Shown: positions 16,130-26,549 of the stretch, in pieces
Position numbering within the stretch: position 1 is the stretch's first letter
How the letters are laid out: each line of letters starts with the position of its first letter
Source: a virus
Taxonomy: Duplodnaviria > Caudoviricetes
Reading direction: 5' to 3' (one strand)
IMG/VR virus record: IMGVR_UViG_2791355157_000004
Location: 9,313-73,312 of that record
DNA: 64,000 nucleotides
Made by a program: the position numbers and the translations under genes
The notes under the pieces: generated by a model
What the model saw: the letters and a program-made list of their open reading frames with translations, nothing else
The model's database searches: none
What the model was told of the DNA's origin: nothing

Positions 16130-16470
16130 TCCCATATTGTTACGCGGCGCTCCGACCCCTCGGGACCCGTGTATTTGATAGTGGTAGCTATCTGGGAAGG
16201 CACTGCATGTGGCGGTAAATCCGGGAAGAAACCCGCCGGCAATGCCCTCTCAGATAAATACGCCCCAATCCGGTAACAGAGAAGGGGCAGAACTCTGGTT
16301 TCCGCGCTTATCAGGCGCTTCCGCGTAACAGGCCACTGACCTGTGGTGACGAAAAATATCCGTAAGGAAATGGATTGCACAGCATCATCAGCAAGGCGGC
16401 ACCAGCGCTAATGCTAAAGGCGTCTCGGGGAAACGGCTTTCACCTTAGGGCCTGCTCAGAATGCCAATGC
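16130..16470 (-). ncRNA. candidate structured non-coding RNA
   Basis: No credible ORF; 18-bp stem 16189-16256 with G-U pairs on the minus strand; ends at the terminator. Confidence 0.35.
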
Positions 16471-16496
16471 GCAAAAGATGCGTCAATAATTATTTT

Positions 16497-16510
16497 TCGG
16501 ATTAATCTTA
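16497..16510. promoter_or_regulatory. palindromic operator-like site
   Basis: TCGGATTAATCTTA in the divergent region before the terminase operon. Confidence 0.5.
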
Positions 16511-16568
16511 TAGGATAGCATTTAGGTTTGTGCTTGTCGGACCGCAAGCACTCAAAAAGGAACCTGAG

Positions 16569-17249
16569 ATGCTCACACTTGATTTACTGCAGAATTCCCT
16601 GCCCCAGCAGCTCAAGACACGCGTGACTCAGGATATGGTGGACAGCTTCAACGCTTCCATCACTGATCCGCTCGTTGCCGAGAACATGCGGGACAACCTG
16701 CTCTCTTACACCCGCGTCCTGGCCGACGGGCGGTTTAAGATGGCGGACTACATGGATGCGGTGCGCTACGTCAGCTTTAAGCTGATGGGCTACCCCAACC
16801 AGGACGCGTACGCCCGTACCTTCCCTAACCGCTGGCAGGCGCTGCATGCCCAGGGTGCTTCACCCAAGGACATCTCTGCCTACGTCAGCGCCTACAACAA
16901 GAACAAGCTGGTGAACCTGATTCTGGAGCAGACGCTGATCCCGACTCACGTGCTGAACCAGGATATCTACCAGAAGGCCATTAACGTCCAGGCCGACATG
17001 ATGATGAACGCCAAGAGCGAGAAGGTTCGCGTTGAGGCGGCGAACTCCCTGCTCAATCACCTGAAGCGCCCTGATACGCACAAGGTTGAACTGGAGATCG
17101 GCATCAAGGACAGCTCCGGCCTGCGTGAGCTCAAGGATTCCATGGCTCAGCTGGCACAGCAGCAGCGGGACATGATCCAGGGTGGTCACATCTCTGCCCG
17201 CAGCGTTGCCCATTCACCCCTGGTGATCGAGGCAGGTGACGATGAGTAA
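16569..17249 (+). CDS. N4 gp69-like protein (putative terminase small subunit)
   Basis: AAGGA SD; SEKVRVEAANSLLNHLK motif; directly upstream of terL. Confidence 0.8.
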   Translation: MLTLDLLQNSLPQQLKTRVTQDMVDSFNASITDPLVAENMRDNLLSYTRVLADGRFKMADYMDAVRYVSFKLMGYPNQDAYARTFPNRWQALHAQGASPKDISAYVSAYNKNKLVNLILEQTLIPTHVLNQDIYQKAINVQADMMMNAKSEKVRVEAANSLLNHLKRPDTHKVELEIGIKDSSGLRELKDSMAQLAQQQRDMIQGGHISARSVAHSPLVIEAGDDE

Positions 17250-18837
17250 TGCCCTGATTAAGCAGAACGTCGATGACTGGTTAAATCAGGTGGATTACAA
17301 AAAGCTGAACTCGCATGACTACGTGCCGAGCCAGTTTTCCATCAACTATGTCAACTTCATCAAGCTGGTGAACGGCGAGAAAGGCGAATCCAATAAGTCT
17401 CCCGTGGTTCACCTGCGCATGCTCGATGAGCTCGCCGGCAAGAAGACCCGCCTGGCTAACCTCTGCTCACGCGGGATCGCCAAGACCACCCTGTTTGGCG
17501 AGTACCTGGTGCTCTACATCGCGGTGTTCGGGGAAATTGAAGGGTTCGGTGAAATCAGCGGCATGATCTACGTCTCCGACTCCATGGAGAACGGCGTGAA
17601 GTCGCTGCGCAAGAACATCGAGTTCCGCTACAACGACTCGCCCTGGCTGCAGCACTGGCTGCCGGTGGCCAAGTTCACGGACGCCTACATGGAGTTTGAG
17701 AACCGTGATGGCCATAAGCTCGGCGTGAAGATGTTCGGTGCGAAGACCGGCCTGCGCGGGACCAAGATTTTCGGTAAACGTCCGGTGCTGGCGGTGCTCG
17801 ATGACCTCGTCAGCGATGACGACTCCAAATCCAAGACCTCGATGGAAAACATCAAGGACACTGTCTACAAGGGTGTTGATTATGCGCTCGATCCTACTCG
17901 CCGCAAGATTGTTTTTAACGGTACTCCCTTCAACAAAAACGACATTCTGTATGAGGCAGTCGAGTCAGGGGGCTGGCACGTCAACGTGTATCCGATCTGC
18001 GAGCGTTTCCCCTGCACGCGGGAAGAGTTCCAGGGCGCCTGGCCCGATCGCTTCAGCTATGACTTCGTCAAACAGCAGTACGACCTCTCCGTTGCCACCG
18101 GCAAGTTAGCCGCGTTCCAGCAGGAGCTGATGCTCCGGATCTCCAGTGATGAGGAGCGACTGGTACAGGACGATGACATCCGGTGGTACTCACGCCAGAC
18201 GCTGCTGATGAACAAGTCGCGGTTCAATTTCTATATCACCACCGACTTCGCCACCAGCGAGAAGACCAGCGCCGACTTCTCTGTCATTTCGGTCTGGGCC
18301 CTCAACTCACATGGCGACTGGTTCTGGGTGGATGGCATCTGTAAGAAGCAGCTCATGGACGCCAACATCAACGACCTGTTCCGCCTGGTCTCCGAATACC
18401 GGCCGCAGCAGGTGGGGATCGAGGTGACCGGCCAGCAGTCCGGCTTCATCCCGTGGATTCAGCAGGAAATGATGAGCCGCAACATCTGGTTCTCCTTTTC
18501 CAGCGATGGCAACGGTTCACGCCCGGGTATCCGCCCGAACGTCAACAAGATGGTGCGCTTCAACATGGTGCTGCCGATGTTCAAGACCGGGAAGATCTAC
18601 TTCCCGACCGAGATGAAAGAGACGGATATCGTGCGCGAGTTCATCGGCGAACTGTCGATGGCCACGCTCAAGGGCTTCAAGTCGCGCAATGACGACTGCA
18701 TCGACACCATCTCCATGCTGATGTCACTTCAGGCCTGGCGGCCAAGCGAAGACATACCCATTGCCAAGGTGCAGGGCGACCTGTGGGATTGGGAAGAGCC
18801 TGATTCTCCCAGTAATTTGAGTTCCTACCTGGTATAA
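17242..18837 (+). CDS. terL: terminase large subunit (N4 gp68-like)
   Basis: SRGIAKTT (Walker A-like), AVLDDL, YITTDFA and DDCIDT nuclease motifs. Confidence 0.95.
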   Translation: MSNALIKQNVDDWLNQVDYKKLNSHDYVPSQFSINYVNFIKLVNGEKGESNKSPVVHLRMLDELAGKKTRLANLCSRGIAKTTLFGEYLVLYIAVFGEIEGFGEISGMIYVSDSMENGVKSLRKNIEFRYNDSPWLQHWLPVAKFTDAYMEFENRDGHKLGVKMFGAKTGLRGTKIFGKRPVLAVLDDLVSDDDSKSKTSMENIKDTVYKGVDYALDPTRRKIVFNGTPFNKNDILYEAVESGGWHVNVYPICERFPCTREEFQGAWPDRFSYDFVKQQYDLSVATGKLAAFQQELMLRISSDEERLVQDDDIRWYSRQTLLMNKSRFNFYITTDFATSEKTSADFSVISVWALNSHGDWFWVDGICKKQLMDANINDLFRLVSEYRPQQVGIEVTGQQSGFIPWIQQEMMSRNIWFSFSSDGNGSRPGIRPNVNKMVRFNMVLPMFKTGKIYFPTEMKETDIVREFIGELSMATLKGFKSRNDDCIDTISMLMSLQAWRPSEDIPIAKVQGDLWDWEEPDSPSNLSSYLV

Positions 18838-18846
18838 GACAGATAT

Positions 18847-18864
18847 AATAGGATTTATCCTATT
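18847..18864. promoter_or_regulatory. palindromic operator-like site
   Basis: AATAGGATTTATCCTATT between terL and the gp67-like gene. Confidence 0.65.
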
Positions 18865-18880
18865 GACCAGGGGACACTTA

Positions 18881-19585
18881 ATGCAACTGAGCCAGCTCTT
18901 CCAGACTCTCAGCTTCGACACGCTGAGTAATCTGGTGATTGGCGGGGAAGGTTCAGGGGTTATCGAACCCCGGCACTGGCCCCGCCTCATCATGCAAATC
19001 AACGCAGGGCTGACCGCCCTGCATTCCCGTTTTCCCCTGCTGGAAAAAGAGCTGACGCTGCAGCTGTTTGACGAAGTGGCGCACTATTTTTTCCGCCCGG
19101 AGCATTCGGTGTCGGTTGGCACCGACTATTACCGGTACATCCTGGACACCCCGTTCGATCCGTTCGTGAACGACATCCTGCGGGTTGAACAGGTATTTGA
19201 CGAGCTGGGCTGCGAGCTGCTGCTCAACAACGAGTCTGAGTGCTGCTCGCTGTTCACGCCGTCATATGACTCGCTGCTGGTAACGCACCCCATGAAGGAG
19301 ACCATCCTGCGGGTGAGCTACCGGGCGAACCACAAACAGATCGCGCTTGATGTTTCTGAGCCTTCCACTGTTGAGGTGAACATTCCGGTTTCCCACCAGA
19401 AAGCCCTGTGCTTTTACGTGGCCGGTCAGATCTACTCCAGCATGAACGGTCAAGAGCACACCCTTAAAGGACAGGAGTTTCTCGCCAAGTTCGAACAGGA
19501 GTGCGTCTTCATTGAGGACAAGAACCTGGATAACAACGGGTTCGTTCAGACCAATATCAAACCCATGCTCGGAGGTTGGCGCTAA
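18881..19585 (+). CDS. N4 gp67-like head-tail adaptor/virion protein
   Basis: INAGLTALHSRFPL, YRANH; synteny. Confidence 0.8.
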   Translation: MQLSQLFQTLSFDTLSNLVIGGEGSGVIEPRHWPRLIMQINAGLTALHSRFPLLEKELTLQLFDEVAHYFFRPEHSVSVGTDYYRYILDTPFDPFVNDILRVEQVFDELGCELLLNNESECCSLFTPSYDSLLVTHPMKETILRVSYRANHKQIALDVSEPSTVEVNIPVSHQKALCFYVAGQIYSSMNGQEHTLKGQEFLAKFEQECVFIEDKNLDNNGFVQTNIKPMLGGWR

Positions 19586-22500
19586 ATGAGTAATCGCACA
19601 CTCGGTTCACCCTGCAATCAGGCCGGACAGGTACAGAAATACCTGGGCACTGCCTATGATGTCGTTAAGACGGTGCATGACAACCTGCCGGAAATCAGCC
19701 TCGTCAGTGAGATGCTGTCGAAGTATGGCGTGCTGCTGTGCTTTAACAGCGCAGCTGACCTGGCCACCATTGACCCGACGCTCGCGACCTTTGCCCGCGT
19801 CTACGACACCAGCGATCCGCTGAACCTCTACTACAAAGACTATGTCTACCAGGCTGAGAATACCGATGGCCTGGCCGCCAAGAACGGTATCGGCAGCTGG
19901 GTGGAGATGGACTCCATCAACTCCGTGTTCGGCTCGATGGCCTGGGTCTATAATGGCGGCTCTGCGATCGGCGGCGAAACCCAGCTGACGCTGGACATTG
20001 AAACGCTGTCGATCACTGACCTGTTCATCAACGGTTCCTACCAGACCTACGGCCTGAACTTCTCGTTCGATCCGGCAACGCAGGTGGTGACGCTGAGCCA
20101 GGAACTGCTTGAGGGTGACATGGTGGTGGCCAAGCTGTCAGGCGTACCGGCACTCGCCCCTGGCTCCAGCGTGGACAACTTCCATTTCCTGAACTTCATC
20201 TACAACGAAGGTGCAGCGCTGGGCGGCGAAACGGTGATCAGCACCGGTATCCCGTTCATGAACATCACCTCGGTGTTCCGCAATGGCGCACGCCTGCTGT
20301 ACGGGAAAGACTTCACCTACTCCGCCACCAGCTACACCATCACCTTCACCAAACCCCTGATTGAAGGTGAGGTGGTGCAGGCCACTCTCGGCGGCAACCT
20401 CGATACCCTGAGTGAAGCCACCGGCGTCATGGCGTCGAAGACCGTGGCGTATTACCAGCGCGCCAAAGACCTGATCGACGAGTTCGGGCTGAACATCAGC
20501 CTGGCGCAGGGCTATGCCAACTCCTCTGAATCCTCCGCCAGAAAGAGCGCGCTGTCGGCCGGCGAGTCCGGCACGAGCGCAGCGAGTGCAAAGGACGCGC
20601 AGGCGGCAGCTGAGGCTGCACAGAAGGCCGCTGAAACTGCCCGTCTCGGTGCTGAAAGCGCACTGACCGACACAGAAAACTCTGCGCAGCAGGGCGCCAA
20701 CGCTGCGACCGATGCCAAAAAATCAGCGTCCGCCGCGGCAGCATCGGCAGACGCAGCTGCTGACCAGGCGTCTGCCGCCACCGGGCGCGCAACAGCTGCC
20801 GCAGCGTCGGCAACGGCCGCAGCACTGAGCGAAAATAACGCTGATGTCGCAGCGACCACGGCCACTGATGCGGCAAACACGGCGCAGAACAAGGCCGACG
20901 TCGCGGCGCAGAATGCGCAGCAGGCGATTAACGCCCAGTCCCTGGCAAGCCAGTCAGCAGATACCGCGAACAAGCAGGCTATCGCTGCCACCAATGCAGG
21001 GTCAGCAGCAGCGGCCTCTGAAGCCAATGCCAAAACCTCTGAGACCAGTGCGAAGTCGTCCGAGACCAACGCGGCAACCTCAGAGAAAAATGCCAAGACC
21101 TCAGAGACCAGTGCCAAGGCCAGCGCTGATGCAGCAGCAACGGCGGCCGCCAGCTATTCCAACCTGCAGTCCGGTGACGCCGGCAAGGGTGACGAACTGC
21201 TGGCGGTGAAGGCGCCTTACGCCAACGCCGTGCAGATCACCCAGCACACCAAAAACCTGGAAAGCGTGTATGCGCCGGAGATGGGCCTGGTGCCGGGTAC
21301 GCTGGTACAGACCCTGTTCAACAATGCGCTGAAGGCGGCGGCTGCTGCCGGCAAAGAGCTGGTGGTGCCTGCAGGTACCTACACCATCTCTGGCAGCATC
21401 GTTCTGCCGAGCAACACGCGACTGCGTCTGGAGCCGGGCTGCGTCATTCAGCGTGACCCGTCCGGTACCACCATGCGCATCATGCTGATCAACGCGCCGG
21501 CAGACGCCACCGTCGGCGGTTACCTGGCGAACCAGAACATCATGGTTTACGGCGGCGGTACGATCGACGGTAACAGCGCCATGCTGGCCACCGGCACCGG
21601 ACTGATGGCGTTCAGCCACTGCACCAACGTGCGTGTGGAGAACCTGGACCTCATCAACGGCGGCGGCAGCGGTCACGCGCTGGAGTTCAACGCCTGTCAG
21701 AATGCCTGGGGTGTGAACGTCCGGGCAAACAACGCCGGCACCAATACCGTGGTCACCAACGAAGCGTTCCAGATCGACGCGGCCATCAGCAACGTGACGT
21801 TCCCGTGGTTTGGTCCGTATGACATGACCGCGTGCGATCACGTGGGCTTCCTCAACTGCCAGGCCATCGGCTACGGCACGGGCATCGGGACCAACTCTGA
21901 CGGAACCAACAACCACAAGAACATCGTGCTGCGCGACAACCGCCTGATCACCAACGTGGTGGGCATCAACATGATGGGCTGGGACAACGTCAACGTTGAG
22001 AACAATGAGATCAGCTGGGGCGGACTCGGTACGATGATTGCCGGCATTCAGGCGACCTACAACACCAACGCCAGCTCAACGCGGACCAGCACCAACCTCA
22101 ATATCAAGGACAACTACATCCACGATATTGTGCCGGCAGACCTCACGGTTGACCCGGGCACCAATTGGTACGGCATCCGCATGATCGGCCTGAGCAGCGA
22201 CATCACCAAAGTGCGCGACCTCATCCTGCACCACAACCACATCGAGAACACCGGTAACGCGGCGATCGCCTGTCAGTACCTGACCAATATGTTGCTGGCC
22301 GGGAACCGCCTGGGTAATCCGAAGTGTACCGGTGCGGCCGGCCTGGAATCACTGGACGTCAAAGACTGCAACCGCGTTCAGTGCCTGGGCAACCGTCTCG
22401 AAGGTTCGGTCACCGTGGGCAAAGGTACCGCCACCGGCCAGACGCACATTTTCAAGGACAACTGGGTCGGCGGGACTCTGGCAACCGGTGGCACGCTTTT

Positions 22501-22597
22501 CGCCAAAGGCGCTGTAAGCGGCAACCATGCGGTCACCGCCGTGCCTGCAACTCTGTCCGAAACCGCGCGAATCGTGGCAAATAACACGGTAGGATGA
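19586..22597 (+). CDS. tail spike 1: virion anchor, two XD-like docking domains, Ala-rich stalk, beta-helix depolymerase
   Basis: KYLGTAYDVVK anchor; two YNxGxAxGGET repeats; VPAGTY and GTIDGN pectate-lyase-like motifs. Confidence 0.85.
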   Translation: MSNRTLGSPCNQAGQVQKYLGTAYDVVKTVHDNLPEISLVSEMLSKYGVLLCFNSAADLATIDPTLATFARVYDTSDPLNLYYKDYVYQAENTDGLAAKNGIGSWVEMDSINSVFGSMAWVYNGGSAIGGETQLTLDIETLSITDLFINGSYQTYGLNFSFDPATQVVTLSQELLEGDMVVAKLSGVPALAPGSSVDNFHFLNFIYNEGAALGGETVISTGIPFMNITSVFRNGARLLYGKDFTYSATSYTITFTKPLIEGEVVQATLGGNLDTLSEATGVMASKTVAYYQRAKDLIDEFGLNISLAQGYANSSESSARKSALSAGESGTSAASAKDAQAAAEAAQKAAETARLGAESALTDTENSAQQGANAATDAKKSASAAAASADAAADQASAATGRATAAAASATAAALSENNADVAATTATDAANTAQNKADVAAQNAQQAINAQSLASQSADTANKQAIAATNAGSAAAASEANAKTSETSAKSSETNAATSEKNAKTSETSAKASADAAATAAASYSNLQSGDAGKGDELLAVKAPYANAVQITQHTKNLESVYAPEMGLVPGTLVQTLFNNALKAAAAAGKELVVPAGTYTISGSIVLPSNTRLRLEPGCVIQRDPSGTTMRIMLINAPADATVGGYLANQNIMVYGGGTIDGNSAMLATGTGLMAFSHCTNVRVENLDLINGGGSGHALEFNACQNAWGVNVRANNAGTNTVVTNEAFQIDAAISNVTFPWFGPYDMTACDHVGFLNCQAIGYGTGIGTNSDGTNNHKNIVLRDNRLITNVVGINMMGWDNVNVENNEISWGGLGTMIAGIQATYNTNASSTRTSTNLNIKDNYIHDIVPADLTVDPGTNWYGIRMIGLSSDITKVRDLILHHNHIENTGNAAIACQYLTNMLLAGNRLGNPKCTGAAGLESLDVKDCNRVQCLGNRLEGSVTVGKGTATGQTHIFKDNWVGGTLATGGTLFAKGAVSGNHAVTAVPATLSETARIVANNTVG

Positions 22598-22682
22598 CGG
22601 CGATTATCTTTTGTCTATGAGATAATTCTGATTTTACGGGGGAATTTATTTCCCCCTGTTTTTGGGCACACGGGAGTCTGAC

Positions 22683-25352
22683 ATGACCACTCAAGTTCTA
22701 AAGCCTTTCTCGCAGCCCCGCCATAACACGGCGGTGGAGGTGAACAAGGAATCCATTGCCCGAAACTACGGAGTGAACACTGACGCGGTCGGTTACGCCA
22801 AAGTCGGTATGTCACTTGACGGGGTTCAGGTGCTCTATGACACAGACCTCCAGCGCTCCTATCCGCTGCCCGCAGGGGTCGTGGGTGGCGCGGTGGTGAC
22901 ATCGTATTCCGCAGGCCAACTGGCCTTTGCCTCCGGCAATACGGTGAAGGTTATCGATCTCAACGAGCTGTGCGTTCAGCGTGGTCTCTGGTTCATCCTC
23001 TACGGGTATGACTTCAGCTCGGGCGCCACGCTGCAGTATGCCAACGACGTGCTGGAATACTTCGACGAGTCCATCAAGGCATTCTCCTACTACCGCTGGG
23101 GCGGTGCGCTGCCGAAGGTCGTGAGCATGGACTCTGACCCGCTGAGCGACGACAACTGGATTGTGGTCGGTACCCAGGCGATCTCCTCTGCCCTCTCCGG
23201 CCCGACCGGTGCGTCACAGGTAGGCTTCGGTACCACGAACGTCTCTGCTGCGCTCCAGGATCTGCAGAAGCGCATGACGGTCATGGAAGAGTACCCGGAA
23301 CAAATCGAGGTACTGGAAGCGAACTCCGGCGATCACACCAACCGCCTGGTCACCCTGGAGAATTACAAGACCGGTCTGTCTGGTGCCGATGGCTTCAAGA
23401 ACATTGGCTGGGTCGCGAGCGTAGCAGCGCTGCGTAAGATTGAACCGATCGCTGATGGCCAGCTGATCCGCGTGCGTGCCTGGGAAGCCGGCTCGGTATT
23501 CGGTGGTGGCTGGTTCGTGCATGATGCCTCTGCGACAACAAACGCTGACGACGGTGGGTATTACATCGTGACGGCCGGTGGCAAACGCTGGCGGCGCGAA
23601 GTGAAGGTGAGCGAGCTGACCATCCTCGATTTTGGTGGCCAGGCACTCCCTACCTTCGACAACATGCCCGCTATCCTGCGCATGCACAACTTCATGCAGG
23701 CACAGCTGGCCACCTACAACATGGGTGTGCGCATTCCTGCCGGCAGCTACGGTCTCGGCTCCACGATTAACCTGGGCACGGCCGAGATCGGCGCATTCCA
23801 CCTCAGCGGCGAGCGGGCGAACTACGGGGTAATCCCGGCGACCAACCTGGTCCCCATCCTGAACAACGCCTCGGCCGCGTTCTTCACGATGAATGCCCGT
23901 CGTATGGAGATCAGCAACATCCGCCTGCTGAGCACCTCGGACAACGTCACCCCGTTCTACAAAAATATCTGTACCGGCGGGCAGTACGTGAACGTGCGCT
24001 GCTTCGTGGCCAACAACCATGCCGGCCGCATTTTCGATCTGCTGGACACCATCGACTGCCTGTTTGAGCAGGTGTATGCGTACCGCATCAAAGCGGCTTT
24101 CGCCTACTCCATCTGGTCAAACCGCGTAGACGGTTACTGGGACCACTCGACCGCGATCGAGATCCGCAATGCCAACTTCTCGGCCTGCACCGGTAAGTAC
24201 ACCCTCTATCTGCCACGCTGCGGTCAGTCGATGATGCGTAACGTCTGGTTCCAGAACTGTGAGTACCCCTTCGATATTTCCCAGGGTGGCTGGACGCTGG
24301 ATAACGTGTCGATGGAAAGCTGCACCCATAAGGGCAACACGCGCTACGCCAAGCTGCTCATTCTCAACATGAACGTGCAGGGTAACGGCCTGGATGACAG
24401 CATCACCGATACCGATCCGGCGTGGGATAAGACCGGTTTCAACAACGGTAACTATCCGTCCTGGGTCACCTCGGCGTACCAGCGTGGTTTTGCGCAGATC
24501 CAGCCATCAGCGCAGCAGCGTATCGGTGGTGCCGCTGAGCACTTCAAGTATTCGAACCTGCTCATCAACAACGCCACCAACCAGACCACCTGGTTTTGCA
24601 TTGGCTCCTTCTCCAGCCAGGGTCATGCCCACGGCTTTAAGCTGCGCATCATCGGAACCTCGGGCTGGAACAGTGCGGTGAACACCATTTACCGTCCGGA
24701 CCAGAGTAACTACGGCGGCGGCGAAGCGATTATCCGTGCGCAGATCAAAGCGAACTCCGCGGCGACGACCTCGATCGGCGAAGTCAGCTGGCACGGTGAA
24801 GGCGCCTGCCCAATCAAGGCGGTGAAGTACGTTCACTACTACAACACCATCACCGTCTACGTGCAGATGCAGCAGTACGCCTACTACGGCGCCGTGTTCG
24901 TGGAGACTGACGGTACCAGCCGACTGGAAGCAGGTATCCCCTTCTACGTCACGCCGAACCTGGCCTCCATTTCCGACACGGATATCGCTGCGGTGGCCAA
25001 CATCCGGGATGCCACCCGCCAGTGGTCTGTCAACGGCGGTGTGCAGAGTGGTTCGGGCTTTGGCATGAACCTGGATACCGGCGATCTGCTGCTGTACGCA
25101 CCGAACACGCCGAACAGCGAAGTGTTCAGCATCATGCTCAACGGCAACCAGCGCTATATCCGGACCTCCACCCGCGACTATGCGCAGACGTTTGCCCGCT
25201 TCACGCGAGCCAACCTGCCCAACGTCAACGATGGCGTGTACACCGTGGCGTTTGTGACCGATGCACCGTACACACCGTCGCTCCAGCTGGTCGCATCGAA
25301 CGGCTATGGCTGGTACTACGTCACCGACAACACCCTTGTTTCCCGCACCTGA
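22683..25352 (+). CDS. tail spike 2, AmsF/WceF-like EPS-modifying domain
   Basis: FSQPR..VEVNKESIARNYGV spike N-terminus; YRWGGALPKVV; DDGG..GGKRW; WDHSTAIE and PRCGQS motifs recalled from AmsF. Confidence 0.75.
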   Translation: MTTQVLKPFSQPRHNTAVEVNKESIARNYGVNTDAVGYAKVGMSLDGVQVLYDTDLQRSYPLPAGVVGGAVVTSYSAGQLAFASGNTVKVIDLNELCVQRGLWFILYGYDFSSGATLQYANDVLEYFDESIKAFSYYRWGGALPKVVSMDSDPLSDDNWIVVGTQAISSALSGPTGASQVGFGTTNVSAALQDLQKRMTVMEEYPEQIEVLEANSGDHTNRLVTLENYKTGLSGADGFKNIGWVASVAALRKIEPIADGQLIRVRAWEAGSVFGGGWFVHDASATTNADDGGYYIVTAGGKRWRREVKVSELTILDFGGQALPTFDNMPAILRMHNFMQAQLATYNMGVRIPAGSYGLGSTINLGTAEIGAFHLSGERANYGVIPATNLVPILNNASAAFFTMNARRMEISNIRLLSTSDNVTPFYKNICTGGQYVNVRCFVANNHAGRIFDLLDTIDCLFEQVYAYRIKAAFAYSIWSNRVDGYWDHSTAIEIRNANFSACTGKYTLYLPRCGQSMMRNVWFQNCEYPFDISQGGWTLDNVSMESCTHKGNTRYAKLLILNMNVQGNGLDDSITDTDPAWDKTGFNNGNYPSWVTSAYQRGFAQIQPSAQQRIGGAAEHFKYSNLLINNATNQTTWFCIGSFSSQGHAHGFKLRIIGTSGWNSAVNTIYRPDQSNYGGGEAIIRAQIKANSAATTSIGEVSWHGEGACPIKAVKYVHYYNTITVYVQMQQYAYYGAVFVETDGTSRLEAGIPFYVTPNLASISDTDIAAVANIRDATRQWSVNGGVQSGSGFGMNLDTGDLLLYAPNTPNSEVFSIMLNGNQRYIRTSTRDYAQTFARFTRANLPNVNDGVYTVAFVTDAPYTPSLQLVASNGYGWYYVTDNTLVSRT

Positions 25353-25361
25353 GGAATTTTT

Positions 25362-25730
25362 ATGACTGTAATCATCAAAAAACAGCTGACCCCTGAGATT
25401 TATTTCGCGGAACCGATGATCACCGTGCCCGGTGAGCCTCAGGAGGTTGAGCTGACCTACGCTGTGCTGCGTATCGTGTCGTTTGATAACAACATGGTGA
25501 CGGCGGAATACTCGGTTGCCATGAATGGCGTGGCCTCTACCGAGACCATCCTGCGCATGTTCGCCTATTCCGGCTCCGGTAACCCGATTGACCAGGCAGA
25601 AGATCAGCTGCGCGCCTGGCTCAGCGAATTACCCGGCGTGGTGCTGGAAGATGGCAGCGTAATTACGCCGCCGGCGGTAGATGAAGCTGAAACAACCACT
25701 GTAGCGAGTGACCCTGCCCCAGCGGCATAA
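25362..25730 (+). CDS. hypothetical tail-associated protein
   Basis: GAGGA SD; follows spike 2. Confidence 0.65.
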   Translation: MTVIIKKQLTPEIYFAEPMITVPGEPQEVELTYAVLRIVSFDNNMVTAEYSVAMNGVASTETILRMFAYSGSGNPIDQAEDQLRAWLSELPGVVLEDGSVITPPAVDEAETTTVASDPAPAA

Positions 25731-25800
25731 CAAAAAAGCCCCCGACCTGGGGGCTTATTGCTGTGTGACGTCCAAAAAAGAGGGACCTTCCGGTCCCTAA
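25731..25800. terminator. convergent terminators
   Basis: AAAAAAGCCCCC..GGGGGCTT and AAAAAAGAGGGACC..GGTCCCT hairpins between convergent genes. Confidence 0.65.
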
Positions 25801-25828
25801 TATTCAGTCGGTGCAGATTTCAGTATTT

Positions 25829-26206
25829 CTAGCCTGCCACTGCCGGGGCAACCGGCGTTGCAGTGCCACTAACTGTAGCAACCTGATCAGCAGATGCAAC
25901 CGCAGCGGTCGCACTTTCTGAATGTGACAGTGCTTTCAGCGTGTTCCAGCTCTGCACCACCATATCCACCCAGCTCGACAGCTCATCCTTCAGTAACGCC
26001 CAGTTCTGACCGACCGACACGCAGAATGCCTGCAATGCCTGGAGCACGGCCGCCTTTTTGGTGGCACCGCTGCCGACAGAGGCAGAATACGCGTTCTCAG
26101 CGACGACGATCAGCTCAGCGCCCGCCTTATAGATAATCTCAGTGGCCTGAACAGCACCGGCAACAACAGATAAAGCAGTGGCAATAGCAGAAAGTGAAAA
26201 GCTCAT
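25829..26206 (-). CDS. holin-like membrane protein (LL-H-like AE...GSGATKK motif)
   Basis: GAGG SD; hydrophobic N-terminus; last gene of the lysis cassette. Confidence 0.5.
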   Translation of the reverse strand: MSFSLSAIATALSVVAGAVQATEIIYKAGAELIVVAENAYSASVGSGATKKAAVLQALQAFCVSVGQNWALLKDELSSWVDMVVQSWNTLKALSHSESATAAVASADQVATVSGTATPVAPAVAG

Positions 26207-26222
26207 AGGGGTTACCTCAGGT

Positions 26223-26549
26223 TCAGTTAATAAGACCGCGGGTGCGGAGGGTGTTGAGACAATTTCGGGTACCGGCGCGCATGACACGCTCGGCGCGGAA
26301 CTTGCCGCTGGTGTCGATGGCCCAGAGGTTGAGGGCTCGGATGTGAGCCAGCAGTAAATCCGGGTCGCGAGTGTCTTCAATGCCGGGATAAGGGAGGAGA
26401 ACTTCATCAGGTTCCGCTTCCTTACACTGGATCGTTGGCGCTATCGACTGCGTCTGCAGCGATACGGTTTTGGGTGTGCAGGCTGTCACTATGCCGAGCA
26501 GCGTCAGTGCGACGCAGAGTGTCAGAATGTACGGCAGCGATTTGCACAT
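26223..26549 (-). CDS. o-spanin (Rz1-like lipoprotein)
   Basis: Signal peptide with lipobox VTAC; overlaps the i-spanin. Confidence 0.72.
   Translation of the reverse strand: MCKSLPYILTLCVALTLLGIVTACTPKTVSLQTQSIAPTIQCKEAEPDEVLLPYPGIEDTRDPDLLLAHIRALNLWAIDTSGKFRAERVMRAGTRNCLNTLRTRGLIN

Noticed and set aside
16130-16470. tRNA genes
   Set aside because: No acceptor stem, T-loop or CCA pattern recognised on either strand
20560-21150. Short DNA repeats in spike 1
   Set aside because: Ordinary Ala/Ser-rich stalk repeats (SETSAK-type)
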